NCBI GenBank assembly: GCA_964658305.1
Contig: OZ210885.1
Span: 11,160,001-11,224,000, forward strand
Length of the DNA: 64,000 bases
From: Leptogorgia sarmentosa
Lineage: Eukaryota
Direction: 5' to 3'
Shown: positions 51,795 to 64,000 of the stretch, in pieces
How positions within the stretch are numbered: position 1 is the stretch's first letter
How the letters are laid out: each line of letters begins with the position of its first letter
Notes under the pieces: generated by a model
What the model was told of the DNA's origin: nothing
What the model saw: only the letters and a program-made list of their open reading frames with translations
The model's database searches: none
Made by a program: the position numbers and the translations under genes

Positions 51795-53226
51795 GTAGGA
51801 TTAAGTCAGTCAAATAAACAAGGTTGCACTGGGAGGGTTATTTCTGCTCGGCTATTTAGAGCCACCCACATTTAGGCAATCAGCGCTCATGAAAAGTTGT
51901 GCGAGTAGTTGTATTTTCCTTTATTCTGTATGAAACTAGTCGAAATTTTGTAATTATTTTGGTTATGAGAACTGCATACCTCTGACAAAAATATGGAATA
52001 TTCAGTTGTTATAATCGAATATTGAGAAATCGCCTGTCCACAGTGCATGGGTGCCCATCACTGATCTAAAAAACATGGCTGCATTTCTAATACTAACGAA
52101 ATCTATATGTAAGAGTATATCATCGTATTAATCTCAATATATATGAATTATCCGGATGGAGAGCAGGACATATTGCTCTACTAACACCATCCTGTTTTTC
52201 CTTTGGTTTCACGAAAAATCATAAGTATGAAACAACCATGTTTCAAATGCCGATGGTTTAATACGACCAAATAGAGGATAAGAAATACCAAACCACTGAG
52301 GAACAAAAGGAATTTGAACAGTGTTTGATAAATATATTTGAATATTGCAAGAACTGGTTGGTAGATCATTCGCACACGTATGAAAGGCACGGTCTTGAAA
52401 CGGAAGAAGTTTGGGTCTTGTTTGTATTACAGAAAGATATCTAATGACGATAGTACGTTGAATGTTCTGAAAAACACGTCTCACATGTTAAAGGTGAAAA
52501 TATTACCGAATTTTACACAAATTTTTCATTTTCATCACATTCTCATTTTTCATGACAATGCAGTTTCAAACAAATTTTGTAGAGTTCTATCTGCCATTAA
52601 AAACAGAAAGTCTTTTTGTTCGATAAATTATTTCCTTGCAAGTGAAGATGGTAGAAGCAGATGTGAACGTTTTAGAGTACACTAATAGAAAGCGACAAAT
52701 TCAATAAGTTCTTGATTTTACATAAAATTAACAACGTTACGGTTTTTTGCTTTTTGCCATTTCCACGTCTGAACTCTGATGTTTCTCACTTCGCCCATTT
52801 TGGTAATACCTCCACTGAGACTGAGTAATCCTAAAAGGTATGTAAGGTGCAATCCAAAGCGTTATCGTTTCCATGTCGCTTGTTAGGAAACTATCCCTTT
52901 TTTAGTTTTTCTTCCAACATCTCACCATTGTCAATCACATCCAATCTTTTCAGTAACGCACTGAATGTTTGAAACATCATGTTACACAGTGCCAGTGCTG
53001 CTTTTTCAATTTATTCTGCTTCCCAAAAGCCATATAATTTTTCAATGGTTTTTGGTGTGGCCTTTACCAAATGCTTTTCTGTTTTTCACAGTGAGTTTTT
53101 GTTGCCTTGTCGTAGCCATGCAAACAATTTCGCACTTTCTTTTCTGTGCCGTGGTTGTCCGTTATATTTTCTTCCGGTGGTAATGCCACCGGAAAAGTGG
53201 TTTTCCTCATTCATGTATTAGCAGAA

Positions 53227-53796
53227 TCAAAAATAATTGTAGGGATGTCTTAGATTGATGGTCAAGTGGGAATACCTATCTTCTGTAAGATGGTTCATGA
53301 TCCTATCAAACTCTTCCTCACTTGTGTATACCGTACATTAAGTTATTCACGATGGATTTAACATGCATCCTCTTTGTTAGGTGTGTAAAAGAGAATGATT
53401 TGTCAGATGTTATCTCGAATGGTTTTGGCTACACTTGTAAATACTTGTGTGAGAATGAATATACTTTGACAAGTGTATCTCCCTGACAAAGCCATTTTTT
53501 AATGTCTCCAGTTCTATTTTTCAATGTTTTTCGTACTAGCATAGTAATCTAAAACAATAGCCGTTCTTTTTTCAACGTAAGTATCACAAATGTATTTAAA
53601 AGCCTGTTCGATATGATCCGGACTAAGATCGATGCAAATAAATTTTGAATCGTCGTGTTACTTCCATTCTTCATTTGTTTTTTTATGTCTGTCCGTAGGA
53701 AATAACAACATGATGTATTCATATATTTGTTTGTTGGCGGTAGCCAGAAGTCTTAACAGATCTATTTTTCCATCATTAAGTTCATGGGCATGCCAT
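53227..53796 (-). pseudogene. Polinton A32-like packaging ATPase remnant
   Basis: Degenerate Walker A (DGK), AIVLD Walker B, LSGR, IFILTQVFTSVAKTIRDNI, LFY.P, LRHPY. Confidence 0.75.
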
Positions 53797-53815
53797 TGTC
53801 TTTCTTTTATTTAAG

Positions 53816-54800
53816 TTAATATAGGACTTGGTGCAATACATTCCACATGACTTTAATCATTCCATCAGAGATAACAAAAATATGACATACGACATTCTCT
53901 TTCTTCTTAATAGCAAATTGAATACCAGATTTTGTGGTTGTTATTGTTCGTTCTGTGTTGTATAAGGATGGGTCTTGTTCTGAAAGTGAAATCCACGAGA
54001 AAGTGGTTTTTATAAAAGCTTTTTAAAGTGGCTGGACAATTGTCTGTGTTCCTACTGAAGAATCATTTAGCTTCGTTGTAAAACCTTCCTTTGGGAATAC
54101 CCTGACCGCATACCTTATTTGGTGTGCCTTCCACAGTAGCATTCCTCCTTTCAATGTAAGGATACACGAATTCCTCACTATCTGTTCTTCACTGTTTTAT
54201 TTCAGAAAAGCATTAATACAGCTTCGAGTGATTTCCGTGGAAAGTTAATGGTTTCGTTCTCAATGGTGGAATCTGTATTCCAATTTACCGTTTTCACGGC
54301 CGTCATGCATGTGTTCATACACCAAACTACCCCCTTGTTCGTATTGGAAATTGGCTTGTGATGCTAATTGCTGACTATCGATTGTTTCGCATTCCAACTC
54401 GTGCTTTTCCAATGTGTGCCCTTCCACGTTTTTCCTTGCTGAGCTAGCTATCAGATGATGATGTTAGAAGCTCCTGGTACCGTGATGACAAATAGCTAGG
54501 ATTGGAATTTTACTGTGAAAAGCGTCGCTGACACCGTGATCTCCAATAATTATATCCAATTTAATCTTTTGAATTTTTCAAAAGGTGCTGTCGTCATCCA
54601 CGCATCTGTCACTTTGGCATTATACCCTGGAGAGCTCTGCACTGATGACGTCTCCAAAAATTAGTTTTTTGTAGGTTTTCACTCGATCCCAATGCCGTAT
54701 TCCACCATATTATTCCTCATCCTTTCATTTAATTCTTTCTACCAATTATCTGGAGGGTTCAAAACAAATGCAACCCTGTGGGTTGCATAGAAGAAACGCG
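53816..54800 (-). pseudogene. Polinton-type major capsid protein remnant
   Basis: Fragments ELECETI...LA, NETINFPRKSLEAVLMLF, DSEEFVYP.I...TVEGTPNKV, KSGIQFAIKK, VCHIF.ISDG...LHQVLY*; recognised from memory of Polinton capsids. Confidence 0.65.
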
Positions 54801-55400
54801 GAAAAATTAGTCAACGTTCTTAACTGAACCTAACCTCATTCCATCAGTTCGAGGACAGACTGACTGAGTTTTCGTTTATAAGTGCATGTACGGTGGTGTG
54901 GATCTTGATATTTCGTAGCATGTTGAAGTAACAACTGGCAGAATACGCGCAGGCACCTCTGGCCTTCTAAAAACGCAATCATGCAGAACAAATCGTCAAT
55001 ATTTTTGAAGTGAAGTTATAGGGTTCCAAAGTCAGGCGTATCAGGCCATACCACGGACGTGACGTGGGCAAAATTAGCGCTTTTCCTTGTGTTTCCAGAC
55101 CATTCCGTCGATTGTCTATGGCAAAACCTACCTGCATCATGCTAGCACCTCTTGCACTCTTGACTACGCTAGTTCGCAATTTCCCCCATTTGACTAATTT
55201 CCTATTATGATTTGGTGTAATTGCATATGATTGGGTTTCTGAATTTCAGAAACTCAAAATATTTAGCAGTTTTCAGGCTAATTATATTGATTTCGATCAC
55301 CTGCACAAGTTGATCAAAACCTGGGGACGGTGAATGCCTAAATTTGGTAACAGAGCAAATAAAGCTTTTTATCTAAACAGAAGTTGATTCTTTTTATTAG

Positions 55401-56088
55401 ATTGTTTGTAAAGAAGCTAGTCGTGGTGAAAAAGAAATTGTAAACATTGTGGTGAGAACTGCACATAGTCGTACCAAACAGGAAGCTAATCCACAAGATG
55501 TTGAAGAAATTGTTGCAAAGGAGAAACTTGAAAAGGTTTTTCACCAAGAGAACCTGAAAAAAGCAACAGCGTTGCTGAATGAAGCAAAAGAATTCGTTAA
55601 GCAGCAATCCGAAGAAGCAAAAAAAGCTGCGAACGAAAAAGTGGCAGAGATTTCGAAAATTATTCAACTTCCTCCTGACTGGAATAAACAGGATAATGGA
55701 CTTGAACCAGAAAAACTTCTTGAGAAGTTGGAAGGAATTATAGAGCAGCTGGAAAGTGTGGTTGAAGTTGGAGAAGCCTACACGAGTGATGTCGAAGTAG
55801 TCAGAAAAGCCAGCGGTGGTCGCGCTCTCTGTGGGATACATCATTCAGAACATAACCCTCCAACAACAGCTGAATTACCTATTATTGTAATGCCAATGGA
55901 ATTGAACCTTGCAAGTCCCCACAAATCGGTGCTGGTAGATTACATGAAATTTTCGCAAAGCCGGGCTGCTGCAAATTACATAGAAGCGGTGAAATCGTCA
56001 AGTGGGAACATTGGAAGAGGAATAAAAGGTTTTTACGGATTGCTTGCTGGAGATGGGAATATAAACGATTTTTTCAGATGTAATGAAG
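55401..56088 (+). CDS. GVIN1: GVIN1-like gene, exon B
   Basis: ttattag acceptor, G|gtagga donor; SDVEVVRKASGGRALCGI resembles the GVIN ASGG.AL.GI motif. Confidence 0.75.
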
Positions 56089-56127
56089 GTAGGAAGAAAT
56101 TATTTCTTTGATTATTCGATATATATA

Positions 56128-56376
56128 CAGGGGGTGGAGAAAAAAAAGTGGCCCCCAGAACAGTTCGGTTTATAAGCGGCAAGCTCCACAACCTTGCAGA
56201 TTTAAGGAAATATACTTATAGATGAACAATAATCTAAGATGAACAATAAAAATGAACATTTTACTTAGGTCGAACTCAAACCAAACGGGGTTCTGCATTC
56301 CCGATTACTTGAGAGAGATGTTTTTCAGTAAAAACTGAATTTTTATCGAGGGCCACTTTTTTTTGTCCACCCCCTG
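56128..56376. mobile_element. Tc1/mariner-type MITE in a TA run
   Basis: CAGGGGGTGGA.AAAAAAAAGTGGCCC inverted termini flanked by TA. Confidence 0.85.
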
Positions 56377-56396
56377 TATATATATATATATATATA

Positions 56397-57069
56397 CAGG
56401 GTGTATAAAAAAAACGCAATCCTACGTTCAAATGCAATTTTCATTACGAAAAATTGAGATAGCTTGAATTTATTAAAAATTTAACTTTAGTTGGTTACAA
56501 TCATTCAACGTGGCCTGGCTTTCTCACCACACACAAATCACTTCGACGTTGCATTTCCCGTGCAACTCTTCTTATTAGTTCATGATTTCCATGTAAAGCA
56601 TCTGCTTCAAGCTGTATCTGCCGGTATTTAAGTACGTTACGCCAAACGGTCGTCGAATTTGGGACTTGTCGATCCGGGAAAGCTATTCGAAACAATCTTA
56701 AAACTTCCTGAATACTTTTTGTTACAAAGTAACCTTCAACAATAAAAATTATTTCTGCTGTAGAGAGCTGTGGCATGATGCCTAAGACTTTAAAATTATT
56801 TCGCGAAAATATTTCAAACAAAATATTCGCATGCAACGATAACGTCCCCTTCGGAATTAAGAACGTCGAATTCGAAGCATCTAAAAATGACTGCTTGCAA
56901 TAAATCACTTATTTTGAAGTCCTAAATGGCCTAAAAAGTCACAATCGACCACTTATTGAGTAGAAAAAAGATAGGGCTAAAACATGAACTAAAAGTTAAG
57001 ACATGGAAATCTATATTATTTTGGTTATAAAGCCTTAAACTTGGATTGCGTTTTTTTTTATACACCCTG
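56397..57069 (-). mobile_element. Tc1/mariner internal-deletion derivative (HTH N-terminus fused to extreme C-terminus, DDE core lost)
   Basis: TIR CAGGGTGTATAAAAAAAACGCAATCC with TA flanks; ORF MPQLS...FIVEGYF...F...FP...P...TV joined to MQRR...CV...GHVE*. Confidence 0.85.
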
Positions 57070-57252
57070 TATATATAAACTTTATTCGATTTTTCGTACA
57101 AGATACAAGAGTGCTCAATACCAAAAATATTTAGCAGAGCAATTTAACAATTTTATTAAATTATCTTAAATGACTACATGACTACATGACTACATTACTG
57201 ATGTGAATTTTCGCCACTCATCACAATACTGCAAAGTTTCTTTGAAACTTTG

Positions 57253-59237
57253 CACTAAAAATGTAGTTAGCGTAAATTATAGTTAAAACGCAGTTAAATT
57301 TAACTATGCCATAGGGCATCGTTAACTTTTCAAAACATAGTTAAAAATGGCCGCGTTACTAAGAGTGATCAATTTTTACAATCGAGACAACAACGTAGAA
57401 AGACAACGTTTACCAAGAGTTTTTAATCGCCATCTTCCATGGGAAGGTTTTTCCGATGAAGAACTCATAAAACGCTATAGGTTTGGCCGAGAATCGCTTC
57501 AATTCATAGCGAGATTAATCGATGACGAAGTTCGTCCTCAAACGCAGCGAAACCACTCTATATCGACTGAGGAGCAACTCGTAATAGCTCTCAGATTCTT
57601 TGCCTCTGGTAGCTTTTTGCAAGTTATTGGGGATACTCACGGCTACGATAAAGCCGACTTTCTCTTGCCATTGCAAAGAAACAATTCCCAACAACAATGG
57701 CAGAAGATTGCATTCAGCTGCAGTGAAATTTTGTTTTCTTTTTTTCCCTTGTGTCTTCTCAGGCTGGGCAGACATTTTGAAATTTTTGTATACAAATATA
57801 TTGTAGCAATGTTGATATATGGGAAAGTGGCATAACATGACCCAACTAAAAGTAGTGTAGCTACAAGTTGTGTGGTGGTATAAATTGCATTGAATATCAT
57901 CAAATATGAAAATAACACAAATTATACATGTCAATTTATATAAATTTTTAATCATGTAAATTATTTACATAGTATTTACTATTTTTTGGATGCATGGTAA
58001 AGGCACGGTGACACGAGGCAATTTTTGCTGCAACTTGCAATGCCATTTTAGAGCTAGAGTGATGTTATGCAAAAATTATGTTCACAGAGAAATTCTGAAC
58101 TGATATTTGATTGATGCTGATATTTTTCTTGGTAGACATGTCTAACGGGCAACAACAATGCGAATAACAATGCTAGCTTTGGTAAAGAGAAATGCAGGCC
58201 ATATTCACAGTGTTTCTGTGTGAACATGTTCACATAACATCTCCCTGTGCAAAAATTGAGTTGCAAGTTGCAGCAAAAATTGCCTCGTGTAACAGCACCT
58301 AAAATGAGTTAGCTGGAAAAACTAGAATTACTTAGTTACTAGAATTGAAAACACGATATTCACAGCTTTAAGTAACTATTATCCACAGCTTTTCAAAAAG
58401 CATTGGGGAGTGGGGACCATTACCCTCCTTCCAAGGATCCGCCACTGATATCTAAGTCAGGTTTAATAGTTTACTAGCTGTAAAGGTGCCAAAGGCATAA
58501 ATTCTAGGACCTTCTAATAAGAGAATAGGTACTGTACATATTGTAATAAATTAGGTAACTGAAACTCATCTTATTAATAGAGGAGATAAAACAACATCCC
58601 ATATTAGTGAATAGTGATATTAAATTCTTCGTTGAATTCTTCCAAGATGGTAAAAATAATCCCAAACAGATCGGCAGGTTAAAATAATAGCATCATTCAT
58701 TTTAAGCAGATCAATTATATCACTCCACTTTAATAAATGTGACTGTGTGATTAGCAGCAGATCCAGTTAATTTTCATCCAACATTGAAATTGGACCGATT
58801 CAGCTATTTCCTGATCATCCAATTCTGTAAGTTTTAAAGTTGAAACATACAAACCATGGAGTTCATACACAATAGTATACAAAATATCTAAAAGGATTGC
58901 TTTTCATTGCAATATTAAGCCATTTATGAAGAGTATTCATTCCAATCGTTCGCCATTAAAATTGTTTTCGAAACAAAATCGAGCCCACAATTAAGTTTAA
59001 ATTTGCTTAATGCATGTCAGCGGTCAATTATAAACGTTATAATTTATGTTAATTCATGTTTACTACCCCACGCGAACCCCACGCACAGTTAACTAGGTGA
59101 TTAGTTAACTGTCCGATTAACTGCGTTTTGTGCAACGCAGTTAAGTCATGCAGTTAGCTAATCGTAGTTAAGGATTTAACCACGCTAGTTAACGGTAACT
59201 ATAGTTAACTTTAACTACGTTTTTATACAACCGGCCC
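57253..59237 (+). mobile_element. Harbinger deletion derivative; transposase N-terminus at 57347-~57655, Myb-like N-terminus on minus strand ~57775-57700
   Basis: RYRF, ALRFFASGSF HARBI1-like motifs; KRKQNFTAAE..LL Myb/SANT start; right end ACAACCGGCCC|CAG; left outer TIR missing. Confidence 0.75.
58002..58299. mobile_element. Tourist-like MITE
   Basis: ACACGAGGCAATTTTTGCTGCAACTTGCAA inverted at both ends. Confidence 0.75.
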
Positions 59238-59279
59238 CAGGCGATTAAATATGATTACGTGATGAGTGAGTTTAAAAAG

Positions 59280-60600
59280 TTAAGCACGCGCAGATCGAGT
59301 TATAGATTGCGCGCGCCTAAATTTTCCTGCACAAAATTTCTCGCGGTGGCGGCACTTCGCGAAGATTTCCGATCGCTTGTTCAACAATTTGGTTGCATTA
59401 CCTTGCATCAGGCACAACTTCTCCTCGATACAGAGATTGCATCGCTTTCTTCCAGGTAAAAAGGCAGGTGCACGCTTCAATATGAACCACGAAACTGAGT
59501 AATCTTTTTTGTTTTTCTTTAATTTCCATATATAGACAATTCCGTTTCCTTTTCATATTTTTCATTGTTGAATGACTTCTTGTGGTTATTGAATCTTTCC
59601 TTGAACGAATATGCCGTCATTCCGATGTATTCTTCCCTATAACAAGTTGAAACTTCGGCTTTATAAACGATGCTAGCGGATAAACAATTTCTGTTCATTG
59701 GGCACTAGGAGGGTTTTCTACAGTTACAATTATTCTGGTTTGGTGTTGTTTTGGATTTTGATAGGATTTTGTGGTTGTGTCGAGATATAATGCTCTTCAT
59801 GTTGGGCATACAGCTGTAACTAACTTTTACCGTATTACGATTGAACAGCTTGTGTAGAGGATTTGCGGTTGGGAAGTGCTTGTCGAGGAGTTGTAAGAAG
59901 CTTCGTGCGATGTTTGTTTTTACAGATTTACTGAACGGTGGATTATACCAGATGATATTCCTTTGGCGTCTGCGTTTCGTGGTGGATGATATTGTTGTGG
60001 GGTTACAATTGGAGTATTCCAAAGAAACGTTGTAATTACTGTGTGTAAGTGCGTGTTCGTAAAATGGTTTACATGAATCGAAGGATTGCTGGTCGGATGA
60101 GAGTGAGGAGAGTCGCTGGTTTACTGATTTTGGGATTTGTCTTATTACGGAGGGAGGGTGGTTTGATTTGCTGTTTACGTATAGTGGATTGTTGTTTGCT
60201 TTTCTGAAAGGAGCGAAACTACCGTTGTTTAAATTTAATGTGATATCCAAGAAGTTAACTAGTTTGGGGTTGACTTGTGCTGTAATTTTTAAGCCGATTT
60301 GTTGAAAAACATCATGCAGCATCTTTTTAGTGATATCAGCGTTACGTCCGTTTGTGCCTTTTATCAAAGCTAGACCATCGTCTCGGTACAGACCAACATA
60401 TTCGTTACCAAGCTTTTCTGAAAGCTTATCGAAGATGAATAGAACAACCAATTCACATATCTCCGCTCCGTCATAGCTCCCCATAGTTACGTCGAACATC
60501 GATTCGGTACATCGTTTAATCCAAGGTGTATTTCCGCTAAACAGGAGGGACTTGCGTGCATGTTTAATGATGGATATCTCCTCGTCTGTGGTATGTGTTA
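59280..60600 (-). mobile_element. 5'-truncated Penelope-like retroelement (RT plus GIY-YIG endonuclease; Naiad/Neptune-like), disrupted
   Basis: MGSYDGAEICELV, LYRDDGL, FLDITL, SNHPP, WYNPPF, KVSYSC; CNC..CP...CL, IVY/YIG, CNLC..EK, CRH; in-frame TAG at 59705. Confidence 0.9.
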
Positions 60601-61029
60601 AAGATTTTGTTAAAGTTAATGTTATTCATATATACAGGGTGTCTCAAAAAAAAGGTAATCCAACTTTGGCATGCCATTGTGCGTTAATTACTGGGTGTAC
60701 GAATGTGATTTTTGCATGGTCATAAAGATCGAGGTCTTAGCAGTTCAATGACATATTTGTTGTACGATATGGAAAAAAATCAGGCAAATGCGAGCGTGTT
60801 GAAAAATCTCGGTGAAAAACGCATTCTTTCACCTCTGAGAATTGCAGCTAAACTTATTCAAAATTAACTCCCTCTGGGACTCGAAGATGACGACCTTCCC
60901 TTCAACAATCGACCTGATTATGCATGCATAATTATTAATAATCCTGATAAAATGTTTGTTACCATGACACATTCGTGATGAATTGCATTTTTCTTTTGTT
61001 ATGCACTGCTTTAATTAGGCACAGAGGTC

Positions 61030-61230
61030 CACCTCAAACATACATTGGTCTGACTGAAAACTCTTTTAAAACCGGATATTACAACCACAAAACGTCATTT
61101 ACTTCGTACGAGAAAAGTAACTCTACAGAACTTAGTAAATATGTCTGGCAATTAAAGCGCAAAGGAATCGAATTCCACATTAAATGGCAAACCTTGAAAC
61201 GAGCCAAACCCTACAGCCCTGCTTCTAGTC
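61030..61230 (+). pseudogene. Second Penelope-like GIY-YIG endonuclease fragment
   Basis: TYIGLTENSFK..YYNHK.SF.....STELSKYVW.LK. Confidence 0.75.
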
Positions 61231-61249
61231 TCAGGTTGGAGGTAGTCAC

Positions 61250-62307
61250 TCAACAACGACATTCTTTCTTGCTGCTGTATTGATGGACGACTACTGTACG
61301 ATTCGATTGACTGGTCAGTGATGGATTTGATGTGACGAGTTTCGACGTGGGCTTCAGAAAGGGCCGTTACTTAGGTAGCTCTTGTGCAGTGGTTGGTAAG
61401 AGGCGGATGGATGCCTGCTCTTGTCGTCATTTCACGAAGCATGTTGCCCAAGGTAGATTCACCGACTGGCGAATTGCAATACCAGACAATTTGGCGATTT
61501 CCGTGCACCTGCCGGATCTTGGGTCTTTGAAACAGGGCCTCGCAGTTTGGATTTAAATGTTCCAAGTAATTTTGAATGGTTTTGACAGGACAAATCCTCG
61601 AATCTGGTTTGGCAAATATTTTCCGTGGGATTCGTCTTCTACGTCTGTCAGTCCGGCTTGGTGGTTTTTCGTCGAGGGAACTGAACCCGCTGCTTCCCTG
61701 TTGAGCTCAATATACTGCTTTCCTTCGGCCGTGGATCTTAAAACGAGCATGGTTGGTTTTAGTTGCCGTTGGTTTTCTCTTCCTCGTCTTCCCAGGTAAA
61801 AACCAAGTTAAAACCAAACGGTACGGAGAAGTTGTGCTGCGTCGCAGTTCTGTCAGCTGGGCCCAGTTCGCCATTGTTAAACAACAACAGCAGGTTTCAG
61901 ACAAAAAGTGGCCTCAAGGGGAAAAGAGGGAAATGTATGGATTTCAAGATATTGGACTCTGTTCCGTCCTGAGACATTCTAAAATAATATCAATGATCAA
62001 TGGTGCTTTATTTCGAGATGTATAAAATTTTGTTGTAAGTTTGAACATCCAGAAAGTTGCAATAGAGAAATATTTTGAAGTAATGAAAAGACAGTCTTAC
62101 AAAACGTAAACAGTGCATAGATTGAATGCGGAGACCTTAGACATTGTGTTTCAGCATATTTTTGTTTGTCGCGGCTTCTTTGTTTTTTTTAGTATTTACG
62201 TTTTCTCAGGAATCTTTTACTGTAGTAGTGTTGTAGCAATAGTTCTTGTCTTTGTTGCTGCGTTTTCAAAAGCCTTCATTGTTTTCTTGATCGTAATCTT
62301 CCGCCAT
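61250..62307 (-). pseudogene. Crypton-type tyrosine recombinase remnant (DUF3504-like)
   Basis: Fragments RENQRQL, TKNHQAG, HLNP.C.ALFQRP, WYCNSPVG..TL..M, TNHC.RAT in shifting frames. Confidence 0.8.
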
Positions 62308-62537
62308 ATTTTTGAGATCAGTATTCAGTAGTGACTACCTTCAGATGGTAACCCAAAATTGTGGCGATATTTCTGTGGACTTGGCTACCTAAAGGGGAAT
62401 TAGTACCCTCGCCCCGGCCATTCACCCGAACGACGCACCCTGGCGTGGGTCTGGAATCAGTGGTGTCCACCTACACGCCACGATCCAAAATAACAATGGC
62501 GATGGATTTACCAAAACTGAAACTGTAATCGTATCAA

Positions 62538-62850
62538 GAGGATCAAAGCCCAGCTAATTGCAGTGAAATGTAATAGCCATTGCAAATATAAAGCAGTTTA
62601 TTGACGTTTCGTTGCAACGCACGACATCTTCTGATTAAAGATGTAAAATTACAAGTAACAGTACGAGATATTTACAAAGTTATCGATAAATTCATATATG
62701 GGGTAACCGCCTATCCAAGAAGATAAAGTGGTCATATTATATCTTTATTCTGAAGATGTCGCGCGTTTAGACAAAACGTCAATAAACTGCATTATATTTT
62801 ATTTACTAATAGCTATTCTTTTGACTGCAATAATCTAGGCTTTCATCCTC
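62538..62850. repeat. Inverted pair of short repeats, each with a degenerate hammerhead-ribozyme-like core (Penelope pLTR-like)
   Basis: Plus strand CTGAAGAtgtc...gacaAAACGTC at 62750-62780; minus strand CAGAAGAtgtc...GAAACGTC at 62633-62603. Confidence 0.5.
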
Positions 62851-63199
62851 CTGCTATAATTATGGTCCAAAATGGGAATCATTTGAAGAACTTCAGACCT
62901 CGCTATCAGTTCTTCTTCCCTTTTCCCGTTGTACATAACCGTGCAGAATTAGTAGCCTCGCCCCGGGCTTACGCTCGAACAGAGCTTCGGTGAATGGTAA
63001 AAATTACCGTTGCCCTCAAATTTACTGGTCAGACGACCAGACAAAAACATTATTTACTACTGAAATAATGCTAAAAGTTGAAGCAAATAATTGCTGCCTA
63101 GATAGTGCTCTATTGTTCCACCTTTTCGAAGAAGAATATATCAGTATTTCTGCAGTAGTTGTTTCGTGTGCTATAATTTTAATGTTTTATACTTTGCAG

Positions 63200-63849
63200 A
63201 GGAGACAAAATCGTCGAAAAAACACACCAAAAACGCGTCTGTTGTTAAATACAGTTGGATTGCAACAAAAACGTTCAAGATTGAAGGTCAACAAATGGAA
63301 TTAACTGGAAATGCAAAGAAAATGGCGAGAGCAATTAATGATGAGAAGACCGCCCGTGTGTTTATGCAACGATTTGGAAGTCATTTTCCCGCTGGGCTGC
63401 AAACACTTGGTGGTGTTTTTTTCCATATCGTTGATGCAGAAAGCTCATGCGCGATGGCGGCATCCGTGTTGACAGAGGAAGCGATCGAACAACTTCAAAA
63501 TCAAATATCTTTCGGAGTTCTTAGTGGTCTTAGTGGAGCTGGCGCAAGCATCAGTGGCGAGAGGAGTAACAGCAATGGCAAAACAGAGGGCCATGAAGAA
63601 AAGGCTGATCAAGTCTTATACACCTTCTCTTTCCAAGCTATGGGTCCTCCAGCAACAAACCCCGCCGCGTTTAGAAAATTGCTCGCGAATAGTTCAACTT
63701 GGGCGTTAATTGATCGTGGCAATCCAAATGCATACATACCAGTCTGGGAGTTGATTCGTGATCTTGGGGCTGACTTTGAAGATGCAGCCAAGACTCTAGA
63801 ATTAGCATGGTGCAAAGGTGAAGAGGAGAAAAAACAGGAGACAACAAAA
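63200..63849 (+). CDS. GVIN1: GVIN1-like gene, exon C, MACPF-like segment; gene continues beyond the window
   Basis: ttgcag acceptor (phase 1 matches exon B), AAA|gtaagc donor; FMQRFGSHF.....LGG, GPP, W.LIDRG, IPVWEL motifs. Confidence 0.8.
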
Positions 63850-64000
63850 GTAAGCTTACTTTGCCGGAAAACTCATACCTTCAAGCGCACAATATTCCTT
63901 GCCACGATAAATTGGGACGAATTAACTATATAATAATTCCCTTACAAATTAGATGAAATTTGTGGCGGAATAATTTTGACGGATGAAAATAGGAGTATGC

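Larger units (their letters stand above)
52790..54800 (-). mobile_element. Decayed Polinton/Maverick morphogenesis module: major capsid protein, packaging ATPase, small accessory ORF
   Basis: Manual minus-strand translation across stops and frameshifts; see the two pseudogene entries. Confidence 0.7.

Noticed and set aside
59705..59707. In-frame stop in the Penelope-like ORF as selenocysteine (some Naiad elements are selenoproteins)
   Set aside because: The codon is TAG, not TGA, it is not at a Cys position, and a frameshift follows downstream.

Overview
AT-rich eukaryotic (animal) genomic DNA with GT-AG introns. The repeat types resemble those of cnidarians (inference only). Two divergent host genes frame the window, both of innate-immunity type by inference: a minus-strand gene with a HEPN-like RxxxxH exon (6-2220) and a plus-strand GVIN1/very-large-GTPase-like gene with a MACPF-like segment (exons 51256-51794, 55401-56088, 63200-63849, continuing past the window). 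The rest is largely layered mobile DNA. (1) A head-to-tail trimer of a Helentron-associated non-autonomous element (HINE) carries a full BEL/Pao LTR retrotransposon and an inverted solo LTR of the same family. (2) A ~2.9-kb tandem segmental duplication preserves the empty insertion sites. (3) There are further HINE families and triple-nested MITEs. (4) An apparently intact two-gene Harbinger/PHIS transposon (33706-42983) carries, at the inner edge of its right TIR, an apparently intact 8-exon Mutator-like element whose ~1182-aa protein reads CaRF-like DNA-binding region, DDE transposase, SWIM, Ulp1/C48 protease, PHD finger. (5) The GVIN-like introns contain a decayed Polinton/Maverick capsid-ATPase module, Tc1/mariner, Harbinger, Penelope-like and Crypton remnants. 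All domain and family calls come from motifs recognised by eye; no database search was run.
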